64,000 bases of DNA from NCBI RefSeq assembly GCF_037042905.1, contig NC_087263.1, positions 14,262,001 to 14,326,000 of the forward strand, given 5' to 3'. Positions 13,141-26,881 of this stretch are shown here, in pieces. Within the stretch, counting starts at the first letter, position 1, and every line of letters begins with the position of its first letter. The notes beneath the pieces are model-generated. The model did not search any database. It was not told the origin of the DNA and saw nothing but the letters and a program-made list of their open reading frames with translations. Position numbers and translations under genes: made by a program. This DNA comes from Lytechinus pictus. Its lineage: Eukaryota.

Positions 13141-13859
13141 TTAGGCCAACGATGGGCCCTCACGCGACCGTCAATTCGTGAGTTTGAAATAAACGAAAGG
13201 AAACGAAATACAATCAAGAAAATCTCGCATGACTTTTTTTTTTAGGGGGGTCCGTACATTTTACCATTTATTCAAATGATTTGTCTAACATATAAAAGCG
13301 TGATGACTGTTAATATTCTTTATCCGTGATTCTTTGTTTGAATTTGATTGGCCGATATTCAGCACCATCAATCAGTATTGGTTCTACTTAGCTCTATAAA
13401 ATTATATTTGAACACGTACTCGTCTTACTCTGTGAGCGCATTTCATAGGTTAAAGCCACAAATAAACATTAGGCCTACCTGAAATCTTCGACTTCTCAGC
13501 TTGAAAAAAAAATGGCTGCACCCCCTAAAAAAATTACCTGTTATCCTCCAGATGAGTTACTACAAACAGTCCTATGTAAACAGGTACCTTTGTTACCTTT
13601 TTTCCGGTTTTCAGGTCAGTATACTAAAAAAATTCAGCTCGCGTTTCGCCCTCGCATTAATTTGTTGGTGAGATATGTGTCTCTTTCTCATGTTATATAT
13701 ATCTATATATATATATATATAACTCATGATTTTATATTTTAATCATCCCTGAAGAGGGTCTATGACCGAAAAATTTGAAGATTATGTCTCCTCACGGCGT
13801 TTCTATTAAGTCTTCTTTTGTTTCTACATTATGACGCCGACGCAGAACGCTTTGATTTG

Positions 13860-13911
<52 letters not shown>

Positions 13912-14218
13912 CATACATATATAGGCCTATGTGTGTGTGTGGGGTGTGTTTTGTGTGGTCGAGCACCTTTGGAACGGGAACGTTGATTCATGATTTTGCC
14001 CCCCCCCCTCATCTGAAAAATGGATCGACGCCCCTGCCCTCTTCCTCTTCCCTTCTGGTGCCCAGGTCAATGCTGTGTTACAAATGCATTCGGCTTTCAG
14101 GTTCCCCACTAAATGTGTGCCCGATAAATGTCCATATTTTCCTCATGATTATTGTCGTGCTCAGTTTCTCCATTAGGCTTACTTATGTGTTCTTGCCGTT
14201 TTATCTTCATTATTCTCC

Positions 14219-14797
14219 TAAAAGGTCAAGTTCACCCAAAGAAATGTTGATTTGAATAAATAGAGACAATCAAACTAGCATAACGCTGAAAATGTCATCA
14301 AAATCGGATGTAAAATAAGAAAGTTATGGCATTAAAGTTTCGCGCTTTTTTCATAAAACAGTGATATGCACAACTCTGCGTCATGCAGATGAGGCGATGA
14401 TGTCTATCACTCACTATTATTTTTTATTGTTTGAATTATACAATATTTCATTATTAATTTTTTTACAGAATTGACAACAAGGACCAAGTTGACTGAAACA
14501 TGCAGTATTAAACAATGATCAGGAAGGAATTAATCGTTCACTTGACAATGAGAAAATTAGACTATTTCATATAATAACATACAAAAGAAATAGTGAGTGG
14601 ATGACGTCATATCACTCTCCTCATTTGCTTTCCGACCAAGATGTGCATATAAATGTTTTGTGAAATTAAGCGAAACTTTAAAATGTCATAACTTTATTAT
14701 TTTACATCCGATTTTGATGAAATTTTCAGTATTATGCTTGTTGGATTTTTCCCTTTTTATTCAAATCAATTTTGTTGGGGTGGACTTGTCCTCTTAA
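14219..14797. mobile_element. TTAA-flanked MITE, same family as 10416-10970
   Basis: AAAGGTCAAGTTCACCC..GGGTGGACTTGTCCTCTTAA. Confidence 0.78.
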
Positions 14798-17036
14798 CAG
14801 ATGGTGATTTTAACATTATTTCTGAGTGAAAGTTTTTTTTTTAAATAGCAAACTAACGAATGTAATATTTTTCAGCATGAATTTCATCTATATTGTGCTA
14901 CACTCAAACCCAGGTGGAGTAAATGGGAACGTGACAGAAATATATATCACCTTGATAAAATTGGCTTTCTGCAGAGTGACTATGTTCGCTCTTGATAAAA
15001 TAAATTTGTATTTATCTATAATTTTTTTTTTCTATATCGAGTCATTTCGTGTAAATTTATAGTTCAGTTTAATCAATGTTGCTGTTTTTGTATTACTTAT
15101 CCTCATTTTTATTCACTGGCGATACTCTGTTATACTTAAATATTTTCATATACTTTATAATCATTTATTTTTTCAATAACTTTTTACCGACGAAGTCTAT
15201 TCACAGTATGTGGAACCACCTGGATTATTGATATTAATTGGGCGGCTCGGGATGTGATATTCCAATTTAGGGTCAATATAGCACTCATCTACGATTCGCG
15301 CAATATTGACCCTAGCACGTGGATCATGTCTGGTTTCCCATTCTTAGCCATCCAATACAGTCTGATTACTTTTAAAGAAACAACACACATTGCAGGATTC
15401 TCTCATAATATCACGTCTCCATGTTCTATGTCCAGAAGAAAAAAAAACAGGCTTCGGATAGAACGTAGAAGATCCAATGGTCTTCCTCCCTACCTCCAAC
15501 ATGATCTTGCCATAACTCCTGTGTCACAAGTCGCAGCAGCTGTTACTAATGTTGTACTTCTTGGATTGGACACTAATCATGCTAATGGAACTAGTATATC
15601 TGTTGCTTCAGCTCCCCAGCTTCATTACTACTCTCTTCATTTCTTGCATGAGCTTCATGTTAAACGTTCTCTGTTGGTGAACAACAACTAGACAGTCTGG
15701 TGATACACTTTATTCCAATCTCCTCCTGAGCCTTGCTCTTTTGTTTCTATACATATTTATCAAACCACTTTTTCTGCGTATCCACTGGATCTCGCAGTTC
15801 TCCAGGACTGGAGGAAATCAACAGAAGAAGAAGAAGAAGAAGGTAAATAACAAACCATAAACTTTTGTACAGACGCACTACTGTTCTATCTTATATCCCT
15901 ATTTGCTTCATCACAGTTCATAATTTTAAAACCCTTTTCACAAATTTTTATAATAATAAGCATTTTTAACTACAAAATGTTTCAAAGGTGAATAGTACTA
16001 TGCGTAATAAGTAACGACATTATTTTTTCCACGAATATACATTTTATGAGCAAACATGAAAATCCAGAGTTGGGCATCTTATGATTAATGATTTCTTGAA
16101 AAGCACCCACACATCCTTTTCAGTACAATTACTACAATTACTAAAATATCTTACTCAGAATATCTTTTGAACGTTGCATTCTTAGAAATTAGCATGTGTT
16201 TTATAAGAAAACGTGAAAATCTTATCTGTGCTAATATATTTTGACACATTCATTTCATATATATTTCCCAATTCTATAAGGAAAAAAAATATATAAATCA
16301 GTGTGAAGATATTTATCACATAAACTTTTAGACATAAATCTCTAACAGGGTTACAACTTCTTTTTTAACACAAATAATATAATCTGGACATACAAAATTA
16401 GAGGATACTTTATATCTTTATCGTCAATATTTTTTTCAAAATACATATGTATTGAATCAAAAGACTTCATTTTTGCACCAAAATAGCACTTTATTTTCTC
16501 TCGAAACGAGACAAACCATTTTAAACATCACACACGAAATAATGACAATAAATGAATTGACCAACTGCATGTTGTACTGAGCATTCGGTCATTACCAATT
16601 TTGCATATATCTTTTCATAGAATTTATATATTAACGGCAAAATAAATGAAAAGAACAACATTTTCTTCTTTTTAAGATAACTTTTTTTCATACAAATATA
16701 ACTAAACGATAGAAACATGGTAAAGACGTGAAAAGATGAGGTATAATTAGACATTGGCTGGGAGAAAAAGGGGTCGATATTCGGAACTATTTCACAAAGT
16801 TTGTCGTCAGTGACATATAGCCAACCGCTAACTTTATTGAATGAAACATTTTGAAGTGAAATCCATCGTTTTTATTGGCTTAAGTATTTTAATCGAAATT
16901 CTTTGTTTTAATTGGCTGCACGGGAAGCATGTGAGTGAGCGGAGACTTGACACTGACCAAATCATACTTGAAAATGTATTACCAAGAACCAAACATGTAT
17001 CGCATAACCAAAAGACGGCAAGAACAGAAGATGATG

Positions 17037-17254
17037 TACTGCAAAAACTGCGGTGTTAATTTAACACCAGTCCGGAATCTATACACAACACCGGTTTGAT
17101 TTTGGACTGATTCCAGATAGGTGTATACAACACCAATTAGTGTTAAAACAGCATCGATTTGATTTCAAACCGGTGTTGTTTCAACCCTTCTCTGGTGTGG
17201 TCATATATAGATTCCGGACTGGTGTTAAATTAACACCGCAGCTTTTTGCAGTGT
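17037..17254. mobile_element. Palindromic MITE about 50 nt past the INSC stop codon
   Basis: ACTGCAAAAACTGCGGTGTTAATTTAACACCAGTCCGGAATCTATA and its near-perfect inverse; a half copy lies at about 30190-30331. Confidence 0.85.
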
Positions 17255-17306
17255 GAGGTCCACGAAAGATATCTTCATCACAAGGTCAGAGGTCGAAGGT
17301 CAATTA

Positions 17307-17444
17307 TCAAACAAAGGTTTCCCTCTTAACAGGACTAGAACACCGGAGATATGATTCAAAAAGTCGAGGCTGGATGAGTTGCTCTACTTCGGCCCCTTTC
17401 AGTGGTGACGGACCGATCTGGCTGTGTATTCTCCTCAGGGCGGT
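17307..17444 (-). CDS. INSC: INSC terminal exon with class I PDZ-binding motif
   Basis: [34 protein letters not shown]. Confidence 0.9.
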   Translation of the reverse strand, partial: TALRRIHSQIGPSPLKGAEVEQLIQPRLFESYLRCSSPVKRETFV

Positions 17445-20400
17445 CTGTAATCAAGACAGAAAGATTGGTTGGGTTGGGTTGGGTTGGGTTTGGTGTTGGT
17501 GTGGTGTTGATTTGGTTTTGTTTGGTTTGGAGTTGGTAGGTTGGTTGGTAGGTTGGTAGGTAGGTTGGTAGGTAGGTTGGTTGGTAGGTAGGTTGGTTGT
17601 GGGTTGGTTGGTTGGATGGTAGGTTGGTTGGTTGGTTGGTAGGTAGGTAGGTAGGTTGGTTGGTAGGTTGGTTGGTTGGTAGGTTGGTTGGTTGACTTTG
17701 CCAGGTATGACAATAGTTACAACTCCGTATTGTATACACTAATGTATCAAAATAACTTCACATGACCACCCATGATAGCTGAGATGGCTTATTTCAAATG
17801 GTGTCCTGACCTTAAATAACTGATGACAAAGTACACTTATGAAAACCACATGTCAAGTAACATTTACAAACTACGTCAATCAAGTCTTGGGAACTAGATT
17901 AACAAAATAAATTTGGAAAAGCGATATCCCTTCAATTTTTTTTCAAAGTTGCTGGAAATTAAGTGTTGTGCTCCTCGAGACCGGCAGTCGCCTCGCAAGT
18001 ATAATTGCGTGGTCTTGTCTTTTGCCTCGGACGTCTAGTCCTTGGTCTTGCCCTTGGCCTCGGGCTGGGAATAGATCATGTGAAATAAGATAAAACACAG
18101 TATAGACTAAGCGGGTGTAGACCAATTGGCGATTTACCCTATTTAAAGGCGACCGCACAACTTACGATTGGTCTGCGACCCGATTTTGGAATAAAACGTA
18201 GTAGAATTTGATGCTATTATGGAAACATGGAATATCTTACTGTGTAATGTTCTAAATTATCGCACGAATACCTATGTTAAAATCTGTGACAATGCTATCA
18301 TCCTTCTTAGAATAAAAGCGAATTTAATATCTAGTCGTAATGACGTCATAGCAGTCGTACGATTGGCTACGATTTGAAACTAATTTGGCCTTTACTCCAA
18401 AATAAAGGCTTGCAATCTTTCATGATGGTTATATTAGTATTCTTTCAATTAATTTTAACCTCAAATAAATGATATTTTCCATTCACATTTTCAGAAGATT
18501 AGCAAAATGCGATCTGTTCCAAAATCGGATCGCGAACAGTCGTAAGGTGTGCGGTGGCCTTTAGATACTCACCAAACAGGCAATTAATGTGTCACGTCTG
18601 TAGTTTTTCTCTCTTGCCTTATCGCATAAGTCGGCAAGATTGGACAGAACTGCAATTGGAAATAGACAAGGATGAAAGACGTTATCTAGCTGGCATGACT
18701 GGAAGGCCACTTTTTACTATAACGGTGATTCAAATGCAGTATGTATGTTGGGGGGGGGGGGGGTTACAGGAAAAGGTTGGTCAGTGATTTCCACTGTCTG
18801 ATTTGCTCTTGAGCCAATCAGATGCAAGGATTCGCAGTAGCTTAAAACAATAGTCAGTTAAAATTATTGACTATTGGTTTATGAAATGCTCTTCAGTGCC
18901 TGGTCCTGAAATGGATATCGATGACCAATGGTCATTTGTTTGTTTTTCTTTCTTTTTATCTCGATGTATATTAGTGATGAAATTTCCAATGATGCGATAT
19001 GTCTTCTGCTTGTTTTTTTTTATTCCAAAATTAAATTTATTAGTACTGTGTGATACATTGCCTTATGTTTTAACGATCTTTCATTTTTATTTTTCATTCT
19101 ATACATGTATATATATAATCACAGGGCCCTGAGGTAGACCAGCTTTTAATGTTAATATCTTGCGTATTTATAATCTTGCCATCTGTAACTCGTAATATAT
19201 TTTCGTATTTTACTTTGTATTTGTTCCTTTTTTATGTATCTCATAATGACCTGTTACTATGTTTTTCGTATGTTTTTTAATGCTGATCAGGCCACTCTGT
19301 ATAAATATTCGAGAATAAATAAATAAATAAATAAATAAATGGGGTTGGAGTACAGTCCCGTTTAACTTTGTTGTTAAACACGGTAACTGTGGTGACTTTC
19401 CAATTTGTGAGGCTCTCTATAATAATAGGGGGCCCATTTCATAAAGAGTTATATCTATGGTCAGTTTACCATCACTGCAACTACTATGGAAACTTTTTTA
19501 GTCTTATTGGCTTTGTTCGAATCGACTTTTGGTTGGGATGACATTGCCCTTGAAGGACACTGTCATGCAGAGACTGAGGATTGAGTACCTTTTAAATCAA
19601 CAGCAATCTGGCAAGTCTTGTGGTCCTGGCAGAGCCTACTCAGAGCAATCGCCGACTTGTGAAAGATATCCTCATACGTGCTTTCCTCCCCCATCGGGGC
19701 GGCCACCGGTTGACTCTCATCAAAGCTTAGCCTTCGGCGGAGGGGACGTAGGGATTCGCCCTGGAGGAGTTCCGCAAGGATGCTAATGCCGCCGCATGAA
19801 ACGATCTGTTCCCGGCAGGTCTTGGAACAGGAGACGTTGGCAATGATGGTGATGATCTGACAGTGAAATACAAAGTGACTTTGTTATTCCTAAATGATAA
19901 CAGCGGACCTACAAAGTCATTGGCTCGTATTCTGAATTCGGGTTTAACTTAAACTCAGGTTTAAAGTTGTGGTTTAAGTATGGATAGCCAATCGTTACAT
20001 AAATCACTAACAGTAAAGATATCATATTTCAGCTCATTTGGCTCTCAAATCATTCATAATTTTCTAGGAAGTATAAATAGATGATTGTCTTCACCATCGA
20101 TGAATCGGGAAAGAGCACAGTAAACATATGAAACGTACAACTTAATAGTAATTTTGACACTTTTGGCTTCCCATAATTTTAGCAGAGTTAGACCATGGTC
20201 TAAATTAAACCTGACTTAAGAATAAGGGCCATTAAGTTTATCTTACATTATGAAGACTTCGGAAAAGGTTAATATAGGCCTATTAACATTTAATATCACA
20301 GCATTATTCAGGTAGGTATTCGCCTTTGAGGAAAAGATTGCATCTCGATATTGAAACAATTAGGAAACATGCTCTCTCACATACGCTATATAAAAATCTA

Positions 20401-23400
20401 AACAGATTTGTAAGTAACAGAGATAGATGTAAGTCTTTTTGGGAAAGAGAATCCAGTTCATAAAAAATAAAATGCGTTTTTCTCAGCCAAAGTATCAGAA
20501 ATAGACCTTTCGGAACCGAGTCGGTCATGTATGCCACAGAATTCCCCTATTTTTAAAGAGCATGCCCAAATCACTATCTTAGCGATTTTCATTGTGTACT
20601 TACATAATTATCAAGGGCTTGGCACTTTATTACTTGGACTACAGTTCTCCTAACAGCAGCACCATGTGATTTAACATGCTGATTATTGATGAACGATATT
20701 TTTATTAGGAAAATCAGACTATTTACTATCGAAACAAAATATCCCTCTGGGTATTTAGTTTTATTTTGTTAAAAAAGTATCATTTTTATTAGCATATAAC
20801 CGTGTATTAATTCCTTTTAAATTCAGGTAATCGGTGTAAAATCAAATACTTAGTAATTACAATGGGGTATTACGAGCATAATAGGTAGTTTTCGCATTTA
20901 CCACGGGGAACTCTCTACAGCGATTCGATTCCTTTGAAAATTCAATTAAAATCACAACGGAGAGCTGAAAGGCTTTTGTCGAAAGTTGGCGGACTGGGAC
21001 AGCAGATCATTCTAAGATTTGCCCCGGACGATCAATTGCAAATATGTCGTTGTCCACAGAGTCAAGAGATTCCGAAGCTGTCCCGGTCCACCAACTTTCC
21101 ACTAAAGCCTCTCAGCTCTCCATTGTGATTTGACTTGCATTTTCAAAGGACTTGGTGCGTTGTAGAAAGTTTCCCCGTAGTAAATGCGAAAAGTAGCTCT
21201 TGTTGTCAGCTGTAATACTTAATTGAAATGACGCTTTTGGTATCACCTGATGTTTGCTGTAGATGCTTTGTGCTTTTCCTCGCTGATAGCCTTCTATCAA
21301 GACTTCTGGAGTTCGAAACTCGGCCAAGTAATCCGAGGCCATGGGATCCATAAATGTGATGTTTGCTATTGCAGTTGTTGCTACCAGAAATACACTGGTA
21401 TTTGAGGTCTGGTCACACAAGACTATGGAAACAAGATACAACGAAACCAACCAAATAGCAAAGAAATTGCAGTAAAGGCTCCAGGGTGTATGTATATGTA
21501 TTCTTTATTGACGAAATTGTAAGGACATTGAAAAAAATCTGGTCAAATCTAGATTGAATTTACCCAAATAAACGATGGATATATTCTAATTTGAGGCTAA
21601 TTCGTTAATTCGGGATCATATAATGAACTTAATTATGTTTCGTTTGAAAAAAGTAGTTATAATCAAGATGTCCTCAATCCCGGCACAAGCCTTCCCGTTT
21701 AACTCGTACAAAGTTCTTTCTGAAACACCAATCTGCATTTATGTCTTACCTGTCAAGTTTCTTAGTAGATCTGCCATCCTTTCCATGAAACAAGTTACTC
21801 ACATGAATAACGGAGGCGTTGTGTCATCTTAAGCTGTGTTAGTCGGCGTATGGAAGTACCAGTGGTATCTTGATTAGCCTATCACTGAGTTTGATCGTCC
21901 TATTTCATTATTCTCGGTCAAAAACTTTCGCCAGAATTCATAGAATGTATGTCTCACAAGTTATCTTTTTAATCCTAATATATTTTCAACAACAACAACA
22001 ATAAAATAATAACGATAATAATAATAGTTACATATAGCGCTTAATACTTTGTTTCTAGGAGCTTCAAGTTGTAATTATTTCAGCAGGGTTTATTCGTTTT
22101 GTTACCACTATTATCATATATTTACTTATCCTTTTTCCCTTTTTTTTGTCTAAAGACCTTACGTATTAACGTCATCGCGCCGCCATCTTAGAGGCTGAAA
22201 CCATTATTTTCTATGTGCTGGGCGCCGTAACACAAAGGTTAGCGATCAATCGCTAAATGAAATGACCAATCAAGATTCTCGTTGCATGCGCATTTAGCTA
22301 AGTAGACTGTCTATGAACATGATTAACCAATCAGAATTGTTCTTTGAAATTAGCGATCAATCGCTAACCTTTGTGTTACGGGTCCCTGGTAATCTGTAGC
22401 TGGCGCAGCATTTCTGAAAACTCCGTTTACGCTTATCCCTATATCCTCTAAAGGGAGGGCGCTATGAGGTGATTACGTCAGATTCCTAATGTCTATTTCA
22501 TTCCTTTAATTCATTGTGAAACAGCAACCAACCTGTCAAGTTTCTGAGTAGATCTCCCATGTGTTCAATGAAGCAGAGGACGCGTTGAAGGATGTCAGAA
22601 TCGGGTGAGGCGATCTCGGCAAGGACGGATGCAGCTTCCTTTTTGATAGCCTCCGAGGTGATAGGTGAGGCAAGGATCTCACTCAGCGCCCCGATCCCTC
22701 CTACCTACATTGAATGAATATTAAGTTTTCATATATTCATTTCGTTTTATTTCAGCAGGGTTGAACAATGTATGGAATACAGTCTAAGCCAATCAAGTTC
22801 TCTATTCCAAAACATGCCAAATATGACCGTTCCCCCCCCCCCCCAAGACTTCACGGTTAAGTACCTCTTTTAATCCCTGTAAAAGAGTAAATGACTCAAA
22901 ATAATCTTGCCCATCAATTCAAGAAATTTATTTCCTTATCGTCCAACCCTGGTATAACTCGAGAGCTTGATATCGTCGAATTGTTATCACATGAATGGAA
23001 CTGAATCTCCAACCTAACCCCAATGGGATAGAGAGATCAATGAATTTTGTCAAATCAAGTCCAGCATGCAGTTGCCTGACATTTATACATAGCTAAAAAA
23101 AAGAGGAATATCTAAATGATACTGAAAAAATGTATTGCGGTCCCAACTAGCAGTGGATAATTTACTTTTTCAAGTGCATCGCTTCCTTTCTTTTCTGTGC
23201 AAAGAATGGACACCACCTCGAGGGCTGTAATCGGGATACTGCTAATAGAGAATGTTGTGATACGACAAATGGCCAACAGCACTCTCATGGTGTCCTGTTC
23301 TATCAGCAACTGCCGTAGCCAGACGCCATCTTGAGCCAGGCAACGGATGGTGAAGACTGCAAACTTGACGTTGGGTTCGCTGGCTGAAGATTGTAACATT

Positions 23401-24830
23401 TCTACAAGTTTCTGCAGAGGGATTTTTTTTTTTTGGGGGGGGGGGGGCGGGGGAGGGATGGAAAGAAGACACAGGGTGCTTACTTGTGTGTAATATGAAA
23501 TCCCCTTCACATTGCTAGCTTCGAGTATTTCAACAGTGTGGATCGCACATCGTAAATACAATATGTGGCTATATGTTTTTACCCATAATGATATACAAAA
23601 ATACACCTATCCAACCTCATACTTTCTTTTCTGCCGTTCACAGTTTGGAACACAATACAGTAGAAATCCCATCTTGACATAGCCCACTACAAGGACACAC
23701 TGTTCCACACTGCGAACATAATGTGTGAGACTATTTTCTTTCCAGCAGGGCTTCCCCATAATAATAATAAAAAAACTGACAAACTCCATGTCATCCTTTC
23801 CTACTGGTAAGAACACAGTAACACACAAGTGTGTTCACACTGTACAATTTGAGCATTTTAACAGTGTGGACTACATGTGTACATAATCCACACCATGATC
23901 ACACTGTACGCACACTTTTAACATAATGTGAACACACTTTCAACTTAATGAGAACACACTTTCAACATAATGTGAACACACTTTCAACATAATGTTAATA
24001 CACTTTCAACCCACTGTGAACACACTTTCAACACACTTTCAACTCACTTTCAACACACTGTGCACACACTTTGAACACAGAATGGAAAGAAACTGTGATG
24101 ATCTTACCCCAACAAGAAATCCTTGAGCATAAGTTAGATGTGCCTTAAGAGCTTTGCCTATAGTCGTTAGTGATCGCTTAAACATCCCAACTGATTGGTC
24201 ACTTAAATCTAAACACCTGTAAAAAAAAATGAATATTAATGATGAAATACGATCACGATGAAATTTGCGTTTCGAAATTATTCACTATAAAAATAGCGTT
24301 TTTTTTTTTTATTTAGTTATTATAATTTTTTTTGCTAAGATTTTATTTTGCAATTTCCTTGTAACCTTGTTACCTTAACAGGATATTTGAACAACATTCA
24401 CTTGGTTTCTTGACAGCCTCTTCATTCAATGTAAATTAAATTAATGTAAACTTAATTTGAGAATGAATTTGAGTGATTATTTACTGTGCTATGATAGTGT
24501 TTTGGGGGTAGTTCAATAAGGGGGATATTTTAAGATAATTGAGTTTGTAATTGATTGATGCATCATAACAAATGTAACGGGTGGAATATTTTCATGAAAT
24601 TTCATTTATTTAATTACTCTAAATTGAATGACTGAGTTGCACTTGCTTTGCTTATTAGAGACATGGGTTATCGTTATTGGCGTAGGCGGGGGGTTACAGG
24701 GGTTCAACCCCACCCCCCCCCCTTAAATTTGTTAGATACCCAACCCCCTCCCTAAAATTGTTTTTGAATACTTTTTTTTGCTTGTCAAAATTTTTTGACG
24801 TACGAAACGACGTGAAATTTATAGTGAAGA

Positions 24831-24865
<35 letters not shown>

Positions 24866-26791
24866 GGGGGGGGGGACATTTCATTCAGCTTGACCTCCCC
24901 CCCCCCCCCTTTGAAAATTTCTGCGTACGCTACTGGTTACCATAGTATAAAACAATAAAATTTCAACAAAAGATGTTGTTAATTGTGATGCTAAGTTTAC
25001 TATTTATGCATATATTTGTGCACATGGTGTTTTATCAAGTCAAATGGGAATGTTGAAACAATGTCTTTTATAGTTGCTTCCTGTTACTCGAAAAATGATG
25101 GTTCTGTATAATCCAATTTAAACTTTTTCAATGAATATAACCATGATGAAAAGTACTTACATATCAAAGCACCTGATTAAGTTCTTCATCTCATCAATGA
25201 TTCCTTGCTGCTCCTGAAGTGAAATTTTAAGAATAAAAAGATGAGAAAGATATATCTGCTCCATATTATCATCTCAAGTTCTGAAAAAGCACTGTATAAA
25301 TAGCTTCGGCCGCGATTGGCCGGTAACCACTACTTTATATTTTCCTTTAACTAAAATCATCGGTAGATCGATCGTCGATGCACTCTTTCATATGTTAAAT
25401 AAGCTACTAAAAACAGGGGAAAGAGCTATAGAAAAGTAATTTAAAAAAGATAAATAAGCAAAAGAAAAAGGGAATGTCCCAACATAATTATGTTGTCTCG
25501 GTTTATCATACTTTTATCATCTTTGTCAAAAGTGTATAAATATCAATGACTCTTTTTTATCATTTTCAAGCTGAAAATGAGGTATGATTGCTTTGAAACA
25601 TGTTCCGTTCATAAAAATGGTATGTTCTATTCATTGTCTCCAAGTTAATATCTTACTTGGATTTACTTGGATGTAGAGACATAAAGCTTGTAGCTTATTT
25701 GCCCCTCGTCACGTTGGATAGTCTCTGGTAGGGTAAAAACTTTAGTGGATGGTTTTTCCAGTGCCTCTCAATAGCTGATTTGAACATATTGACACTTGAT
25801 GCAGAAACTGCTTCCTCAGGTAAAGCATTCCAGTTATTTATACTCCTAATTGAAAATGCATGTTGCCTAATTTGCATCTGTTTTTTTCTTAGTTTTATGC
25901 TGTGACCTCTGGTTCTACCATGAACATCAATCTCAAAGAAGTTGTTTAGGTCAATTTGATCAAGTCCTTTTGTATATTTGTTAGTTTGGAAATATTTCAT
26001 ATATGTGTTTGTCAACACTACATATTTTTACCATGGTATTCTTAGCAATTAAGATAGAGTACGTAGGTTCACTTGTAGTAAAAAATATTTAACATAAAAT
26101 CGTTTATAATCATATAATTAGTAGAATAATATTTTGTAATCGTTTGTTTTTATTTGAGAAATAGTGAAACCATGCAGGAATGTTAAGGTAAAAAAGGCGT
26201 ATTGATATAGTAAATGAATAAATAAAACGTTTACAATAACTCTACTTTTTTTTCCTTCCCCAAAAGTTGCAAGAGACTTGAAAGAAAAAGTCAAGAACTT
26301 CATTTAGCGCAAAAAGGTGCGTATGGGAAAGGGGCGCTTAATAATATATGCCCCCCCCCCCTCCCCTCGGGCTTAAATACGATTATTTGCAAGCAATATA
26401 AAGTGTCATTCCGTCTGGTCTAGTACCGATGGGAGCTAATCTTAATCTTAATATATAGGGTGAGAGTTATGGTTGCAATAGGGTTTTATGTTTGTTTAGG
26501 ATATGGTATAGTGTTATATCCAGGGTTGAATTTGGTCATTACATTAATGTTTGGAATTTGCAGCGGAGCAATATTGTCGCTGGAGGGAATGTCATGGAGC
26601 GAATCTTTCCTACCTGTGCAATGTTTTGGAGTTCTGGGCATATTTCTGCGACTTCCAGAAGACCGGATCTAATCCTGATTTTTAGAGAGAGTATCGATGG
26701 TCGAAGACTGTCTGTGATGCCATCCTTTTGATCTCTGGGTTAAAAAGTAAAGATATCGAAAAGGCAGTGAATATATTGATAGATAGATAGG

Positions 26792-26881
<90 letters not shown>

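Noticed and set aside
15254..15845. 145-aa ORF
   Set aside because: No recognisable motif or splice support; it ends near a (GAA)n tract and may be a decayed retroelement that I cannot classify.
17943..18158. Candidate INSC exon
   Set aside because: GGCCAAGG-type repeat sequence (similar at 9460-9600); the flanking exons already join in phase without it.
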